Assembly: GCA_963707985.1 (NCBI GenBank)
Contig: CAVPRW010000017.1
Coordinates: forward strand, 96,001-160,000
From: an uncultured Nitrospinota bacterium
Lineage (GTDB): Bacteria > Tectomicrobia > Entotheonellia > J063 > CAVPRW01
Length of the DNA: 64,000 bases
Direction of reading: 5' to 3'
Position numbers and translations under genes: made by a program. This document shows positions 10,975-22,203 of this stretch, piece by piece. The first letter of the stretch is position 1. Each line of letters opens with the position of its first letter. A model generated the notes under the pieces. It saw only the letters and a list, made by a program, of their open reading frames with translations. It was not told the origin of the DNA and ran no database searches.

Positions 10975-10975
10975 G
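10634..10975 (+). CDS. Antibiotic biosynthesis monooxygenase (ABM)/LsrG-like protein, copy 1
   Basis: AAGGAG RBS; SVRDEPGCLRFDL, FHLYEVY and AHRSAPHY motifs. Confidence 0.9.
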   Translation: MYAIFVTIKIKPGFADRFKEASLGDGQGSVRDEPGCLRFDLHQSLSDANTFHLYEVYENQDAHLNAHRSAPHYLKWRETVQEWFDGEPQRFAMTTVFPSDDGWRKQKPHLLNW

Positions 10976-11432
10976 ACGCCATCTCTGCCACGGTCAGCCC
11001 CGAGGGGGGCGTTGCCTGGCTCGGGAGGGGCATGGCAACGGGATAGGGGCGATACGGCCGTCGCCCCTTCTGCAGATACCTCGGTGGCCGTCAGCCTCGC
11101 AGCACCAATCCACCAGGGTGATGGTAGGATCGTGGCATTCGGCCACGGTTACAGACCGCCGGATATCCCTACTATGCCCCCGACAGCGCCTTCTGGAGCT
11201 ATATGGGCTGCGGGTAGAGTCCTCCATAATTATCAGGTTTCGTGCACTTTTTCCCCGCATATCGAAGCGCCAGTCAGTCTTTGACTCTTCTTCTGACCTT
11301 GCTTGACCATACGTTAAATTGATGCAGACAGCTAGACCATGTTCGCTCTGAACGTTGATAACCAATAATTATTGACCACGAATGCCTGTGCTGTTTTATC
11401 TGGACTGACTAGGTGACCCTCATCATATCGGG

Positions 11433-12662
11433 CAGGGTCATTTAATTCTCAGCTGGTGAGGGGATGTAGGGGTAGGATTTCGCCTTGAGACCCTATATCA
11501 GGAGGTGAGATCAATAGAACCCACAATCCGTCCCCTCGTTGCAAGCTGACACGAAATCCCTGATCCCCGCTATTCACGGGGCCGGCGGCATCCCCTGGTG
11601 GCCATTCTGGCCTTGATGTGCGTCGCCATGCTGTGTGGCTACCGGAGTTACAGTGCAATGGCCGAGTGGGGCCGCGGTTACGGCCAGAAGCTGGCGCGTG
11701 CTTTGGGCTTTACCCATGCCAAGACGCCCTGTGCGGCGACCTTGCACCATGTCCTGCGTCAACTGGACGGGAACTTGGTGGAAGCCGCCCTGGGGGCATG
11801 GGCGGCCAGCGTCCTGACGGCGCTGCCTCCGTCTCCGGATGATCTGGAAGCGCTGGCCATCGATGGGAAAACGCTGCGGGGCAGTCGTAAGCAAGGAGCC
11901 CCCGCTGTCCATCTCCTCTCCGTGCTCAGCCATCGGCTGGGGCTGACCCTATGGCAACAGGCTGTGGCGGACAAAACTAATGAGATCCCGGTCCTGGAGG
12001 ACGTGTTGCGCGAGCTGGTCGTGGAGGGACGGGTGATGACCGTGGATGCCGTGCTCACCCAACGCGCCGTCGCTGAACGCATTGTGCACGGTGGCGGGGA
12101 CGATGTGATGCTGGTCAAAGGGAACCAACCCCAGCTGCAGCACGATATTCAGCTGGTCTTCCACGAGACTCACCTGTTGGCGGAGACCATGGCCACAGCA
12201 GAGACGGTCGACAGCGGGCACGGACACCTCGAGCAGCGCCGGCTGACCGCCAGCTCGGCACTCGTGGGATACAGTGACCGGCCTGGGTTGGCCCAAGTCT
12301 GCCAACTGGAGCGCGGCGTGCTCATGAAGAAGAGGGGGGAGCAACGCCACGAAGGGGTCTATGGAGTCACCAGCCTTAGCCGGGACCAGGCGGGTCCTGA
12401 ACGGCTGCTGGGCTTGGTCCGTCAGCATTGGTCTATCGAGAACAAGAGCCATTGGGTGCGTGATGTCACGTTCGATGATGATCGCTCCCAAGTACGCTGT
12501 GGCAGTATCCCACAGGTGCTGGCCGCGTTCCGCAATACGGCCATGGGGTTGATGCGCTGCGCAGGGGAGACGAATATCGCCGCGGCCTGTCGCCGCTTTG
12601 CCGCCCAGCCATGGTCGGCTTTAGCCCTGATCGGCATCATGCCGGAGAATTAAATGGCCCTG
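11433..12662 (+). mobile_element. ISAs1-family IS; transposase probably inactivated (ATA at the expected start 11514, in-frame TGA at 11547)
   Basis: 18-bp IRs CAGGGTCATTTAATTCTC / GAGAATTAAATGGCCCTG; 9-bp target duplication CATATCGGG (11424-11432, 12663-12671); IPDPR..RGRRHPL, AIDGKTLRGS, KTNEIP, VKGNQP and HWSIENKSHWVRDV motifs. Confidence 0.95.
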
Positions 12663-12819
12663 CATATCGGGTTTCTTGACTTGCAGACTACATCTCAGAA
12701 GTGTAGGACAGGAGCTGCTTGCCCGCAATGACAAGAGCCCAATAGCTGGGAGATAGAGCCTAGCCAGGAACAAGAGCGTGTCCTGACATCCAGGAGAGCG
12801 AGTAGACGTAGGAGAAGGC

Positions 12820-13644
12820 TTGGCTGACCCAAACGTGAGGATCAACGACAAGAAGGAGCGGTCACGCTGCCCTCCGTACACATCGAAGATCATCAAAGCC
12901 GGAGCATTGCTCGCCGACACCAAAACGCTGCTGTCCCAGTGGGACGTGCGGGCATCGATTCGGGAAAACATGGATCGCCTGCATCGAGAAAATGTCTTCG
13001 GGAAAGCATCGCGATTACGGGTGAAGAATATCCTGGCCATATTCAAGCAGCGCTACTTGAGAGAAGAATCGGTCACCCGGGCACTGGTAGCCCTGGTGAA
13101 CTATCGCTTTCCACCTGCATCGCTTGACCGGCTGCTCTATTTCCACTCCGCCAAAGCAGACCGACTCCTCTTCGATATTGTTACCGAGGTACTTCTCCCG
13201 CTGCATGCACGGGGTATCGTGGATATCGAGATGACAGAGGTCGAAGGACTGGTGGCCACGTGGGTGAGGGAAGGCAAAACGACACGCTCGTGGGGCGAGA
13301 ACACCATTCGCCGGGTGACCCAAGGGCTTCTGTCGACGATGCGGGATTTTGGGGTATTGGCAGGGGCGGTCAATAAGCGCCTTGCCACGGCATACCTGCC
13401 GATTGCGGCATTTGCGTATATCACGTATTACTTGAAACAGCGCCAACCGTCAGGGGCAAAGCTCATCGATCTCCCTGACTGGAAGCTGTTCTTCCTGCCA
13501 CCAGAAGGCGTCGAACGCCTCCTGATCGAGGCTCATCAGCAGGGTCTCTTAGAATATCATGCGGCGGGAACGGTCACCCGTCTCACCTTCCCATCGAACT
13601 CCTTGGAGGACTACGCCTATGTCCTCGCTGAGACAGCGCATTGA
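12820..13644 (+). CDS. brxA: BREX protein BrxA (DUF1819-like)
   Basis: YTSKIIKAGALL, ENVFGKAS and WGENTIRRV..GLLSTMRDFG motifs; first gene of a brxA-B-C operon. Confidence 0.8.
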   Translation: MADPNVRINDKKERSRCPPYTSKIIKAGALLADTKTLLSQWDVRASIRENMDRLHRENVFGKASRLRVKNILAIFKQRYLREESVTRALVALVNYRFPPASLDRLLYFHSAKADRLLFDIVTEVLLPLHARGIVDIEMTEVEGLVATWVREGKTTRSWGENTIRRVTQGLLSTMRDFGVLAGAVNKRLATAYLPIAAFAYITYYLKQRQPSGAKLIDLPDWKLFFLPPEGVERLLIEAHQQGLLEYHAAGTVTRLTFPSNSLEDYAYVLAETAH

Positions 13645-14200
13645 GCTCCTCGAAGCCGACCTGAAAGCTGTACCGCCTCGGATTAGCGTCTATCACGATT
13701 TGCCATTCGCCATCCTCCGCTACGAGCCTACCGAGGAATGGGAGCTGCGCCGGGAAGCTCGGCTGCTCGCGACGCGGTTAGAAGCCTTTGGGAAGGATGT
13801 GCACAGCATTTCCATGTCGGCCCTCCTATGGCTAGCTATCGAGGAAACTGAGGGGCTCGAAGCTGTAGTGGAGCTGGAACAGGAAAGGGGCTATCTCGCT
13901 GCGCAGGAGCAAGTCACCACGTACCTGTCCGACCGAGATTGGCAACCGCTGGCCGACCTGGTGGCGGAGCGGCTCACACCATATGATCCGGCCAAGAGCA
14001 TTGTGTTCCTGACGAGAGTCGCGGCCATGGCGCCAGGGCTCTATCATATGTCGAAGCTTCTCGATCAGTTGCAGGGGAAAACCCAAGTCACGACAATTCT
14101 GTTCTATCCTGGGTCTATTGAAGGCACGACCGGCCTGCGATTCATGGACCTCAAGGATCGGGAAGCGTTGGGCAACTATCGCGTCAAGATTTACGGCTGA
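13619..14200 (+). CDS. brxB: BREX protein BrxB (DUF1788-like)
   Basis: PFAILRYEPTEE, ILFYPG and LRFM..NYR motifs; overlaps the brxA stop. Confidence 0.85.
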   Translation: MSSLRQRIELLEADLKAVPPRISVYHDLPFAILRYEPTEEWELRREARLLATRLEAFGKDVHSISMSALLWLAIEETEGLEAVVELEQERGYLAAQEQVTTYLSDRDWQPLADLVAERLTPYDPAKSIVFLTRVAAMAPGLYHMSKLLDQLQGKTQVTTILFYPGSIEGTTGLRFMDLKDREALGNYRVKIYG

Positions 14201-14210
14201 GGGTACGGTC

Positions 14211-17186
14211 ATGAATACTATTGGAGAGCTCCTGGCACGGAATCTCGATCGCAAGATCGAGGAGATCATCCAAGTCGATCAGGCCGACGAGCAAGCCGTG
14301 TACGACGAAATTACAGAATACATTGCCACAGACAGCATTCGCGATCAGTATGCCCAGCTGCTCGAAGCGATTGCCGAAGCCCCGGCAGAGCCACACGAGG
14401 GCATTGGCGTGTGGATTTCGGGCTTTTTCGGCTCGGGGAAAAGTTCGTTCGCCAAGAATCTTGGTTACGCCCTGAAAAACGAAACGATACGTGGGACGGG
14501 ATTCGCCCAGTTGTTCAAGCAACAAATCGACGACGAGCGGGTGAATAACTTCCTTGATTCCATCACCGCACGCGTTCCTACCGAAGTCATGCTGTTCGAG
14601 GTGGCCAAGGAGCGCGATACCCGTAAGGTGACCGAACGCATTGCGGAATTGATGTACACGGTTCTGCTCCGCGAGCTCGATTATGCTGAGGACTTCGACA
14701 TCGCTGAGTTGGAGATCGAACTGGAGGCCGAGGGCAAGCTGGACGAGTTCGTCGAAACCTGTCGCAAGCTCCACGGGCAAGAATGGCAAAGAGTTCGAAA
14801 AGGCGCGCAAAAACTCTCCAGGGCCAGTGCCGTGCTACATACCATCGACCCAAGCACCTATCCATCAGCCGATTCGTGGTCGCACGCCCAGCGGACTCGA
14901 GACACCGCCATCACGGTGAGCAAGGTGGTCGAGCGCACCTTCGACCTCGTCGGTCGACGGCGGCCCGGCAAGGCGCTCGTTTTCATCATTGATGAGGTGG
15001 GTCAGCACGTGGCCCGCAGCGGCGACAAGATCGAAGACCTGCGAGCCACGATCGAGGAGTTCGGAAAGGTCGGCAAGAATCTCCTGACAGCCCGCAAGAT
15101 CATCGCTCCGTGCTGGATTGTCGTCACCTCGCAGGAAAAGCTCGATGAGGTGGTTGCCGCCATTGACTCGAAGCGGGTCGAACTGGCCAAGTTGCAAGAC
15201 CGCTTCCGCTATCGAGTCGACCTGGCTCCATCGGATATTCGGGAGGTCGCGACGAAGCGCGTGCTTGCCAAAAAGCGCGAGGCGGAGCCGATCTTGAAGA
15301 AGCTCTTCGCAGATAACCAGGGGACGCTGAACGCCGCTCTGCGCCTCGAACGCACGAGTCGGCGCACGACGCTCAGCGAAAACGATTTCATGCAGTTTTA
15401 TCCCTATCCTCCGCATTACATCGACCTGTGCATTGGTATCATGTCGGGCATCCGATTGCAGCCCGGAGCGCCACGCCAATACGGCGGCAGTAACCGGACG
15501 ATTATCAAGCAAGCCTACGAAATGTTGGTCTCAGACCGCACTGCCATGGCACAGAAGCCCATTGGCACGTTAATCACGCTTGATAAGGTCTTCGAACTGG
15601 TCGAAGGCAACCTCTCGAATGAAAGACGCACAGACATCTATGAGATCAGTGAGCAGTGTAAAGGTGACCCACAGGACCACGGCTGGATGCTGCGGGTGGC
15701 GAAGGTGGTCTGCCTGTTAGAGTTCATACGGGATTTGCCACGCACCGAGGCCAATATCGCAGCCTTCTTGGTTGACGCAGTAGGCAAGCCCGCGCCGGTG
15801 GCAGAAGTCGAAGCGGCGGTGAAGAAGCTCTACAGCGCACAGTTCATTCGTAACACCGAAGACGGCTGGAAGCTGCAAACGGCGCAAGAAAAGAGCTGGG
15901 AGACGGACCGACGAGGCCACCTGGAACCCAGACCGCGAGACCGCAATGAGCTCATCCGGCAGATGCTCCGCGTCATCTTCGGCGAGGCGGCCCTCAGGAC
16001 CTACCGTTACAGGGACTTCCGGTCGTTTCGAGTGGGACTGAGGGTTGAGGGAGCGGAGATTGGTGATGAAGGTGACCTGCCTTTGTCGCTTTGCATTGCC
16101 GACGATACCGAGGAGATGTCGAAGCGGCTGGTAGAGGTGCGCGAGGAGAGCCGTCAGGTATCCCACAAGAATGACGTGTATTGGCTCTTTGCGCTCACTC
16201 CCGAGATCGATGACTTGGTCGGGCATTTTTATGCGTCACGCAAGATGGTCGAGAAGTACGATCAATTACGGGCGCAAAACAAGATCACCACAGAGGAAGC
16301 GACCTGCCTGCAAGATGAAAAGAATGCCGTTATCACCTATCAATCCCGCTTGCAAGACAAGCTGACGCAAGTGATGGAAAAAGGCACAGGACTTTTTCAG
16401 GGCGTCGCACGGGAAGCGGCATCACTTGGCAAGAATCTGAGTGAGATCCTCAAGACGCTCTTCGGATATGTCGTCCCCGATCTCTATCCAAAGCTCGAAA
16501 TGGGTGCTCGACCACTCAAGGGCGACGAGGCAGAGTCATTGCTCAAAGCGGCGGACTTGAAGGCGCTGCCGCAGGTCTTCTACGCTGGTGACAACGGCCT
16601 CGGGCTCGTCGTCCAAGACGGCCCCAAGTTGGTGCTGAATACGGCTGCCGACGTTGCGAAGGAGGTCTTCGATTACCTCGTCAGCGAGCACAGCTACGGC
16701 AATAAAGACACCCGGACAGGCAGGGCTCTAGAGCGGAGGTTCAGTGGCATTGGTTATGGCTGGGATCGAGACATGCTCCGTCTCGTCCTGGCAGTGCTGT
16801 TCCGGGCTGGTTCCATTGAGGTGACGTATCAGGGGAGTCGCTTTCGCAACTACCAGGATCCCCTCTCCCGTGTAGCCTTCACGAATAACGTGGCCTTCCG
16901 CACTTCGCTGTTCTCCCCACGTGACACGCTGAATCTCAAGACGCTGACCCTGGCGGTGCAGCAGCTTGAAGAACTCACGGGAGAGGAAATCGATGTAGAA
17001 GAAGGGGCGATCGCGTCGGCGTTCAAGAAGTTGGCGAGTGAAGAGCTGGAAAAACTCTACCCCTTGAAGGCCACGGCCGAAGCCTATCAGCTTCCTGTCG
17101 TATCCTTGATCACCGATTTCCAACGTACACCTGGATGTCTTGAACAACAAAGCTGTATGATACTATTGCTCATTGCATTACCCTAA
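14211..17186 (+). CDS. brxC: BREX P-loop ATPase BrxC, probably C-terminally truncated near 17128
   Basis: GVWISGFFGSGKS (Walker A), FIIDEVGQ (Walker B), VTSQE and KLQDRF motifs; 991 aa ending in a spurious-looking tail that runs through a promoter-like sequence. Confidence 0.9.
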   Translation: MNTIGELLARNLDRKIEEIIQVDQADEQAVYDEITEYIATDSIRDQYAQLLEAIAEAPAEPHEGIGVWISGFFGSGKSSFAKNLGYALKNETIRGTGFAQLFKQQIDDERVNNFLDSITARVPTEVMLFEVAKERDTRKVTERIAELMYTVLLRELDYAEDFDIAELEIELEAEGKLDEFVETCRKLHGQEWQRVRKGAQKLSRASAVLHTIDPSTYPSADSWSHAQRTRDTAITVSKVVERTFDLVGRRRPGKALVFIIDEVGQHVARSGDKIEDLRATIEEFGKVGKNLLTARKIIAPCWIVVTSQEKLDEVVAAIDSKRVELAKLQDRFRYRVDLAPSDIREVATKRVLAKKREAEPILKKLFADNQGTLNAALRLERTSRRTTLSENDFMQFYPYPPHYIDLCIGIMSGIRLQPGAPRQYGGSNRTIIKQAYEMLVSDRTAMAQKPIGTLITLDKVFELVEGNLSNERRTDIYEISEQCKGDPQDHGWMLRVAKVVCLLEFIRDLPRTEANIAAFLVDAVGKPAPVAEVEAAVKKLYSAQFIRNTEDGWKLQTAQEKSWETDRRGHLEPRPRDRNELIRQMLRVIFGEAALRTYRYRDFRSFRVGLRVEGAEIGDEGDLPLSLCIADDTEEMSKRLVEVREESRQVSHKNDVYWLFALTPEIDDLVGHFYASRKMVEKYDQLRAQNKITTEEATCLQDEKNAVITYQSRLQDKLTQVMEKGTGLFQGVAREAASLGKNLSEILKTLFGYVVPDLYPKLEMGARPLKGDEAESLLKAADLKALPQVFYAGDNGLGLVVQDGPKLVLNTAADVAKEVFDYLVSEHSYGNKDTRTGRALERRFSGIGYGWDRDMLRLVLAVLFRAGSIEVTYQGSRFRNYQDPLSRVAFTNNVAFRTSLFSPRDTLNLKTLTLAVQQLEELTGEEIDVEEGAIASAFKKLASEELEKLYPLKATAEAYQLPVVSLITDFQRTPGCLEQQSCMILLLIALP
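17140..17166 (+). promoter_or_regulatory. Putative sigma70 promoter (extended -10) at the left edge of the nested cassette
   Basis: TTGAAC-N15-TACTAT with TGn directly before the -10; lies 75 bp upstream of ATG 17242. Confidence 0.35.
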
Positions 17187-17241
17187 GACCTTGCCCAAGG
17201 CCCCGGCCTATTCCAGCACAGGGATCACCGCAAGAGGAGCC

Positions 17242-17586
17242 ATGGCAATAGAATTCCACTTCCGTAAAAGCGTGTTCGCCATCGAGGATTGGTATGGTCC
17301 GTTTGAAGGCTGGACGGCCGACCAACATTGGAACGGCTGGGCGTGCCCCTACTTTGAGCGGGACGTTGCCCTGCGCATGGCAGCGACCTGGAACGAGGTG
17401 ACGTTTGAGAAGGATGTCTTCAAGGCCCACTATGATGAAGAACACGACCAGTTCTGCTTCTTTTCAGAGTCTGGAGAGGGCTGGGAGTGCTTCGGCTCAC
17501 AAGTCATTGATATGGAAGGCCGGCCGATCATCGTCTATGCGATTGGCACATATGACTGGATCTGGGAGGAAACTCTATCAAGGTGA
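17242..17586 (+). CDS. Small acidic, Trp-rich hypothetical protein
   Basis: GAGGAG RBS; 114 aa; WNGWACPYF and YAIGTYDWIWEE motifs. Confidence 0.75.
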   Translation: MAIEFHFRKSVFAIEDWYGPFEGWTADQHWNGWACPYFERDVALRMAATWNEVTFEKDVFKAHYDEEHDQFCFFSESGEGWECFGSQVIDMEGRPIIVYAIGTYDWIWEETLSR

Positions 17587-17959
17587 ATCCAGACTCCTCC
17601 CTGATCCTCTTGGTAATGGTTCCCAAATTGCCTACCATCAGCCTTGTTTCGCCTCAGAAACTTTGCTAGATTAGTCAAAATTTTTCACTGCTTAACTTGC
17701 CGTTGCAGCACCGGACACTGGTTGTGTCACCGAAATACGAAAACCATGAGCACCCTCCACATGGTACAGCATGTTTCTCGGAAACTTTCGATACCGGAGC
17801 AACGCTATAGGCCCACCATGCTCGATATCGTGAACCTTGGGTTCGAGAACCTCCACTCAGTACTGTGTGCAGTAATAAGCCTCCTTTTCTTCTAAGACCC
17901 TACAGAAGGCTTTAACGCGATCGCGGTCAATCTATAGTCAGGCGAGGGTACTACTAAGC

Positions 17960-20019
17960 ATGAGGCCAAAGACAACCACCACCATGTCCGTCCCCCCTGC
18001 CAGGATTCTAAGATGGATACCCCCATACACCGAGCCGGGAAAGCCCGACCTTTTCTATATCAACAATATTCTCTCTGCCATGTGGCGCGAGCCAGATGGC
18101 ACTCTGCCTCGCCTTGGCAACCCGGAGGCTCCGCTCGACGATCTGGTGTTTCTGATGCTCACGAGGCGAGGGCACATTGCTGCAGCGCGCCGTGTCTTTG
18201 AGTCACTTCACTCCCTGTCGATAGAACATGGTCATGGAAAGCCCGCCTGGTCGTGGTTCATCGATCAGCGCATCGACAGGATGGCTCTCTCGCTCAACTC
18301 TCTTGGTATGGGGCGAACGCGAGCCCGGGAAATTCATGCGGCACTCAGCCAGATCCGATCCCGCTTTGGTGAGATCACGCTCGATCCCCTCCGCAGGTGG
18401 AACAATAGTCGTTGCCTTGAGTTTCTATGCTCGCTTCCTGGCGTCAGCCTGAAAACAGCTGCCTGCGTGATGCTGTACACTCTGGGACGCGATATCTTCC
18501 CCGCCGACGTCCACTGCACCCGTGTGCTTGCCAGACTGGGCCTTCTTCCCCGGAAATATGAGCGACAGGAGCATCACAAGGAGGCACAGCGCCTTCTACT
18601 CAATGGTCTCATCCCGAAAGGTGCGGCCTTCAGCCTCCACGTGTCGCTGGTTCTTCACGGTCAGAATGTCTGACCGCCAATCCTAGATGTCACGTGTGTC
18701 CTGTCAGAGGGTTCTGTGTTGATTTTCGTCGTCATGCCTCGGAGCAGTGGCAGAAGAATCACACACAACCTTCATGTGTGGACCTGTTTTCCGGCGCGGG
18801 TGGCACAAGCATCGGCCTCTCGCGACCCATTGAGCAGGGACACGATCCAGGCGCTACAACCACGCCGACGATGCGAATCGCTCTTGCAGTTGAGCTGGAC
18901 CGATGGGCGCACAAGACCTATGCCATCAATCATCCCGAGATTCCACTGAACGGACTACTGCAAGTCGACCTGACCAGACACACCGCCGTCGAAAAAATCA
19001 GGCGGGCACTCTCCGGTGAGCCCAACCTTGTCCTCATCATCGGTGGTCCACCATGTCAGAAGGTCTCTCTCATCGGCACCACAGGCCGCCGGCTGGCCAC
19101 CAGCAAATATGCCCGTTTTGACCGGCGCAGGGGAGCTGAAACCTATATTGCATTCCGCGACGTTGTACGGACGCTCAGGATCCGCTTCTTCATTCTCGAA
19201 AATGTCCCCGGCCTCTTTGCTGCCAATGACGGTACTGCATGTCAGGACATTATCGAGGATTTCTCCGATCTTTATTCCACTGCCAGTATTCACGTTGAGG
19301 CCCATGACCACGGCGTTCCTCAGCACCGCAGGCGCATTCTCATCGTTGGCGTCCTGAAGCGAGGCAGCCCTGAGATCGCGCATGATGCACTGACATTCCT
19401 GCTGGACAGATTGCTCACGCCCCTCCAGCACTCTCCCTGGGTTGCAACGTTTGGTGAAGCAGTTTCCGACTTGCCACCACTCAAACCATCCAGTGGGACA
19501 GAATTTGGCAGGTATCCTCTGTCAGCTGATACCGCGTCGCTCTCTGGTCGCCAGCGTACTGCCTATCAACTGGCCATGCAGAATGGTTCCAGTATGATCT
19601 TTAACCATGTCGCCCGCCCCAATAATGAACGTGATATCAAACTTTACGCACTCCTCAGGCCAGGCGAGGTTGGCGCGGATGCTCACCGCAAATATAACCG
19701 ACCTGACCTGATGATCTACCGCAACGACATATTCCTGGATAAATACCGCCGTCAGGTCTGGGGTGCGCCGAGCACCACCATTGTTGCTCATCTGGCGAGG
19801 GACGGTCACATGTTTATTCACCCGAGGCAGGTACGCTCGATCACAGTCCGGGAAGCCGCCCGTCTCCAGTCCTTCCCTGATGATTTTATCTTTCTGGGTC
19901 CACGCACCGAGCAGTTCCGGCAGGTGGGCAATGCTGTTCCACCACTTCTCGGGGCCAGAATAAGGACCGCTGTACTTGAAACACTGCAACGCTTTTACCC
20001 CGTTGAAAGCGGTGGATAA
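17960..20019 (+). CDS. HhH-GPD (endonuclease III-like) glycosylase fused to a DNA (cytosine-5) methyltransferase (DrmMII-like); frameshift near 18672
   Basis: LPGVSLKTAACV...PADVH HhH-GPD motif; Fe-S cysteines NV[C]..PRCHVCPVRGFC straddle the frameshift and continue in the MTase frame; DLFSGAGG, GGPPCQ, ILENVPG, PQHRRR, REAARLQSFPD and QVGNAVPP motifs. Confidence 0.85.
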
Positions 20020-20024
20020 TCACC

Positions 20025-22182
20025 ATGAAAATTCGGCTCTTCCCTCAGCACTTCCTCCAGACGGACAGATGCTTCGGGCTTCTCAGGGCTGAACACGATG
20101 GTGAATTGGACCCGCCTGTCACCATCGAGGGAGATACTGGGATTCCCATTCATATCATTCACTCTGACCCTGAGCATCTGGCCTACCTTGTCGGGCTCAT
20201 CGTCCTGCAGGCGTGGACGAGCGGTATCAGTGAGCTTGGAAAGCCACCGTCCCAGCGTCGAGCCGTACTCGTAGTGACCGACAAACCCGGGAAGTTCGGG
20301 GAGGCTTATCTTCGACTGAATCTTCCAGGGGGGAAGATCAGGGATGTCGACAGCCGCCGAAGGCTGACATTCTACGAAAAGACCGGCCATGCACCCCTTG
20401 ACAAGAGTGAGTACTTGTATAGTGAGTACTTGTATAGGGATATAGGGTCCAATGATGCCCGAACCAGGCTTCACAATTTTTTCCCGCTTACCAGATTCTT
20501 GGGGGCGTCGGGACTCCCAGGGTGATTGCTAGCCGACAGTACTTGGGACATGATGACAACGCCGGGTCGGCTGTACTGATCACGCGAAAGTCAGATAGAG
20601 AAACCCTCCTCGTCTTTCAGAAACGCTTCCAGCCTCTCCTTGCTATCTTTGACGCTCATGCACTCGCATCCCTTGGCCCATCCTCCGGGACTCCCACCAT
20701 CTTCTACCACGAGTCCATCTTCGCTCCAGAGCTGGCCCGTCGCTCCGCCGAGCCGCTCGTCCTCCACTGTTTTCCCGATGCCCGCTTTGAGCGTTTTTGT
20801 TCCCGGGCCAGTCTGTGCATGATTGAGCCACTGGAACCCGAGGATCTCACCAGGATATGGAAAGATGTTGATGGCGCACTTCAGGCTCTTATTGAAAGAC
20901 TGGATCAGCGCCGTGATCGCATTGTTCTGGAAATGTATCGGGCCGCTTCGCGCCTCAGAAATCTCCTGCTCAGTCTGCCAGTTGGGATCGAGGCGTACGA
21001 GCAGGCTCTCCTCGCATCAGGGCAGCCAGAGAGCCTCTGGTATGTCTGGTCGATCACACAGGCCCTCCAAGCTCTTGAAAGCCGGATCTCTGAGATAGCG
21101 GCCCTTGGCGAATGGGAGGAATTGATCCTTCGAGAACTCGTTGACGGATTTCAGCGGCTGGTAGCGCTGCTTCGGCACGGATCTCCAAAAAGAGAACCTC
21201 TGGTAACCAGCGCGAATGAGAGTCTTGCCGCATCCCGGCGTGTTGCCCTTGTCGTAACCAGCCCCTCGGTTGCCAGTGGTTCGAAATGGGTGATACGCTT
21301 CCCTCAACCCCATGGCCTGGGGCTATCGCCCGAAAGGGTTACAGCCATAACTCTGAGCGACATCGACACGCTGGACCCGGACCACGATTGCATCGTCCAT
21401 GAGGTCTTTGACCCGCACACCCTCTTCTCTGCACTTGCCCGTGCGGGACCAAGACGGATCAGTTTCATCCTGATGCGCAATGAGCTCCGCTTCGTCGGTG
21501 AGCGACTGCTGCGGTCCAGACAACTTTTCCCCGATCATCCGGCCAACGATACCATTCTTTATCCCATATATCAGCAGGTGGAACGCCTCGAACCGGTAAG
21601 CCAGACCTCCCGCCGTAATCGCACAACCACCCTCTTCTCCGATTCCGATTATGAGATGGTTATGCGAATGTTCAACCTGGGACCACGCATGGTTGAACAC
21701 GGAACGGTGCTGACCGAGGACCCTGAACACGCTGAAACCGGTCCGCTCGCCGAGCTGCCAGCCTATCTCTTCCACCTTGAGGGTCAGAGTGCGGTTTTTC
21801 TTGATGCATCAGGTCGTCTCTCCTACGTCCGGACCGACGATTCTATCGTCAGCGGGCCCGTGAACGTCCTGGAGGCGGGACACCGGCTCATTATTATTAA
21901 CCCCGCCGCACGCGAATCTATCGCCCATCGCATTCTCACCGCAAGGCGCGAGCAGGAAACGGACCACGTTACAGGTCAGACCATCAGCCGCTGGCGGCAG
22001 GAATTATCCGACGGAATCAGGCGTCACGCGTTCACCTACAACGAGATGAGGAGTTTCTTCGCCAGATCGGTATCACCATCGGAGAGCTTCAGGATGCCGT
22101 GACTCTCCTCACCATCGAGGATATATCCAGAGAGGCCAGAGCGGTTCCTGTCGACCAGATCGGCAGGGTTATTCTCCTATGA
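20025..22182 (+). CDS. DISARM DrmE-like protein; frameshift near 20480 and a probable deletion/frameshift near 22045
   Basis: Large non-helicase ORF between the C5 MTase and drmA; coding signal continues HNFF|PAYQILGG and ends in another frame as DEEFLRQIG...GRVILL*. Assignment rests mainly on synteny. Confidence 0.55.
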
Positions 22183-22203
22183 ATTGAAGGGAGGCCATCA
22201 TCC

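Noticed and set aside
10976..11430. Short ORFs 11012-11284 (+) and 10994-11365 (-) as integrase or brxR remnants
   Set aside because: No recombinase, WYL or HTH motifs, and no convincing RBS.
17153..17168. LexA/SOS box at the cassette promoter
   Set aside because: The CTGT half-site lacks the matching ACAG half.
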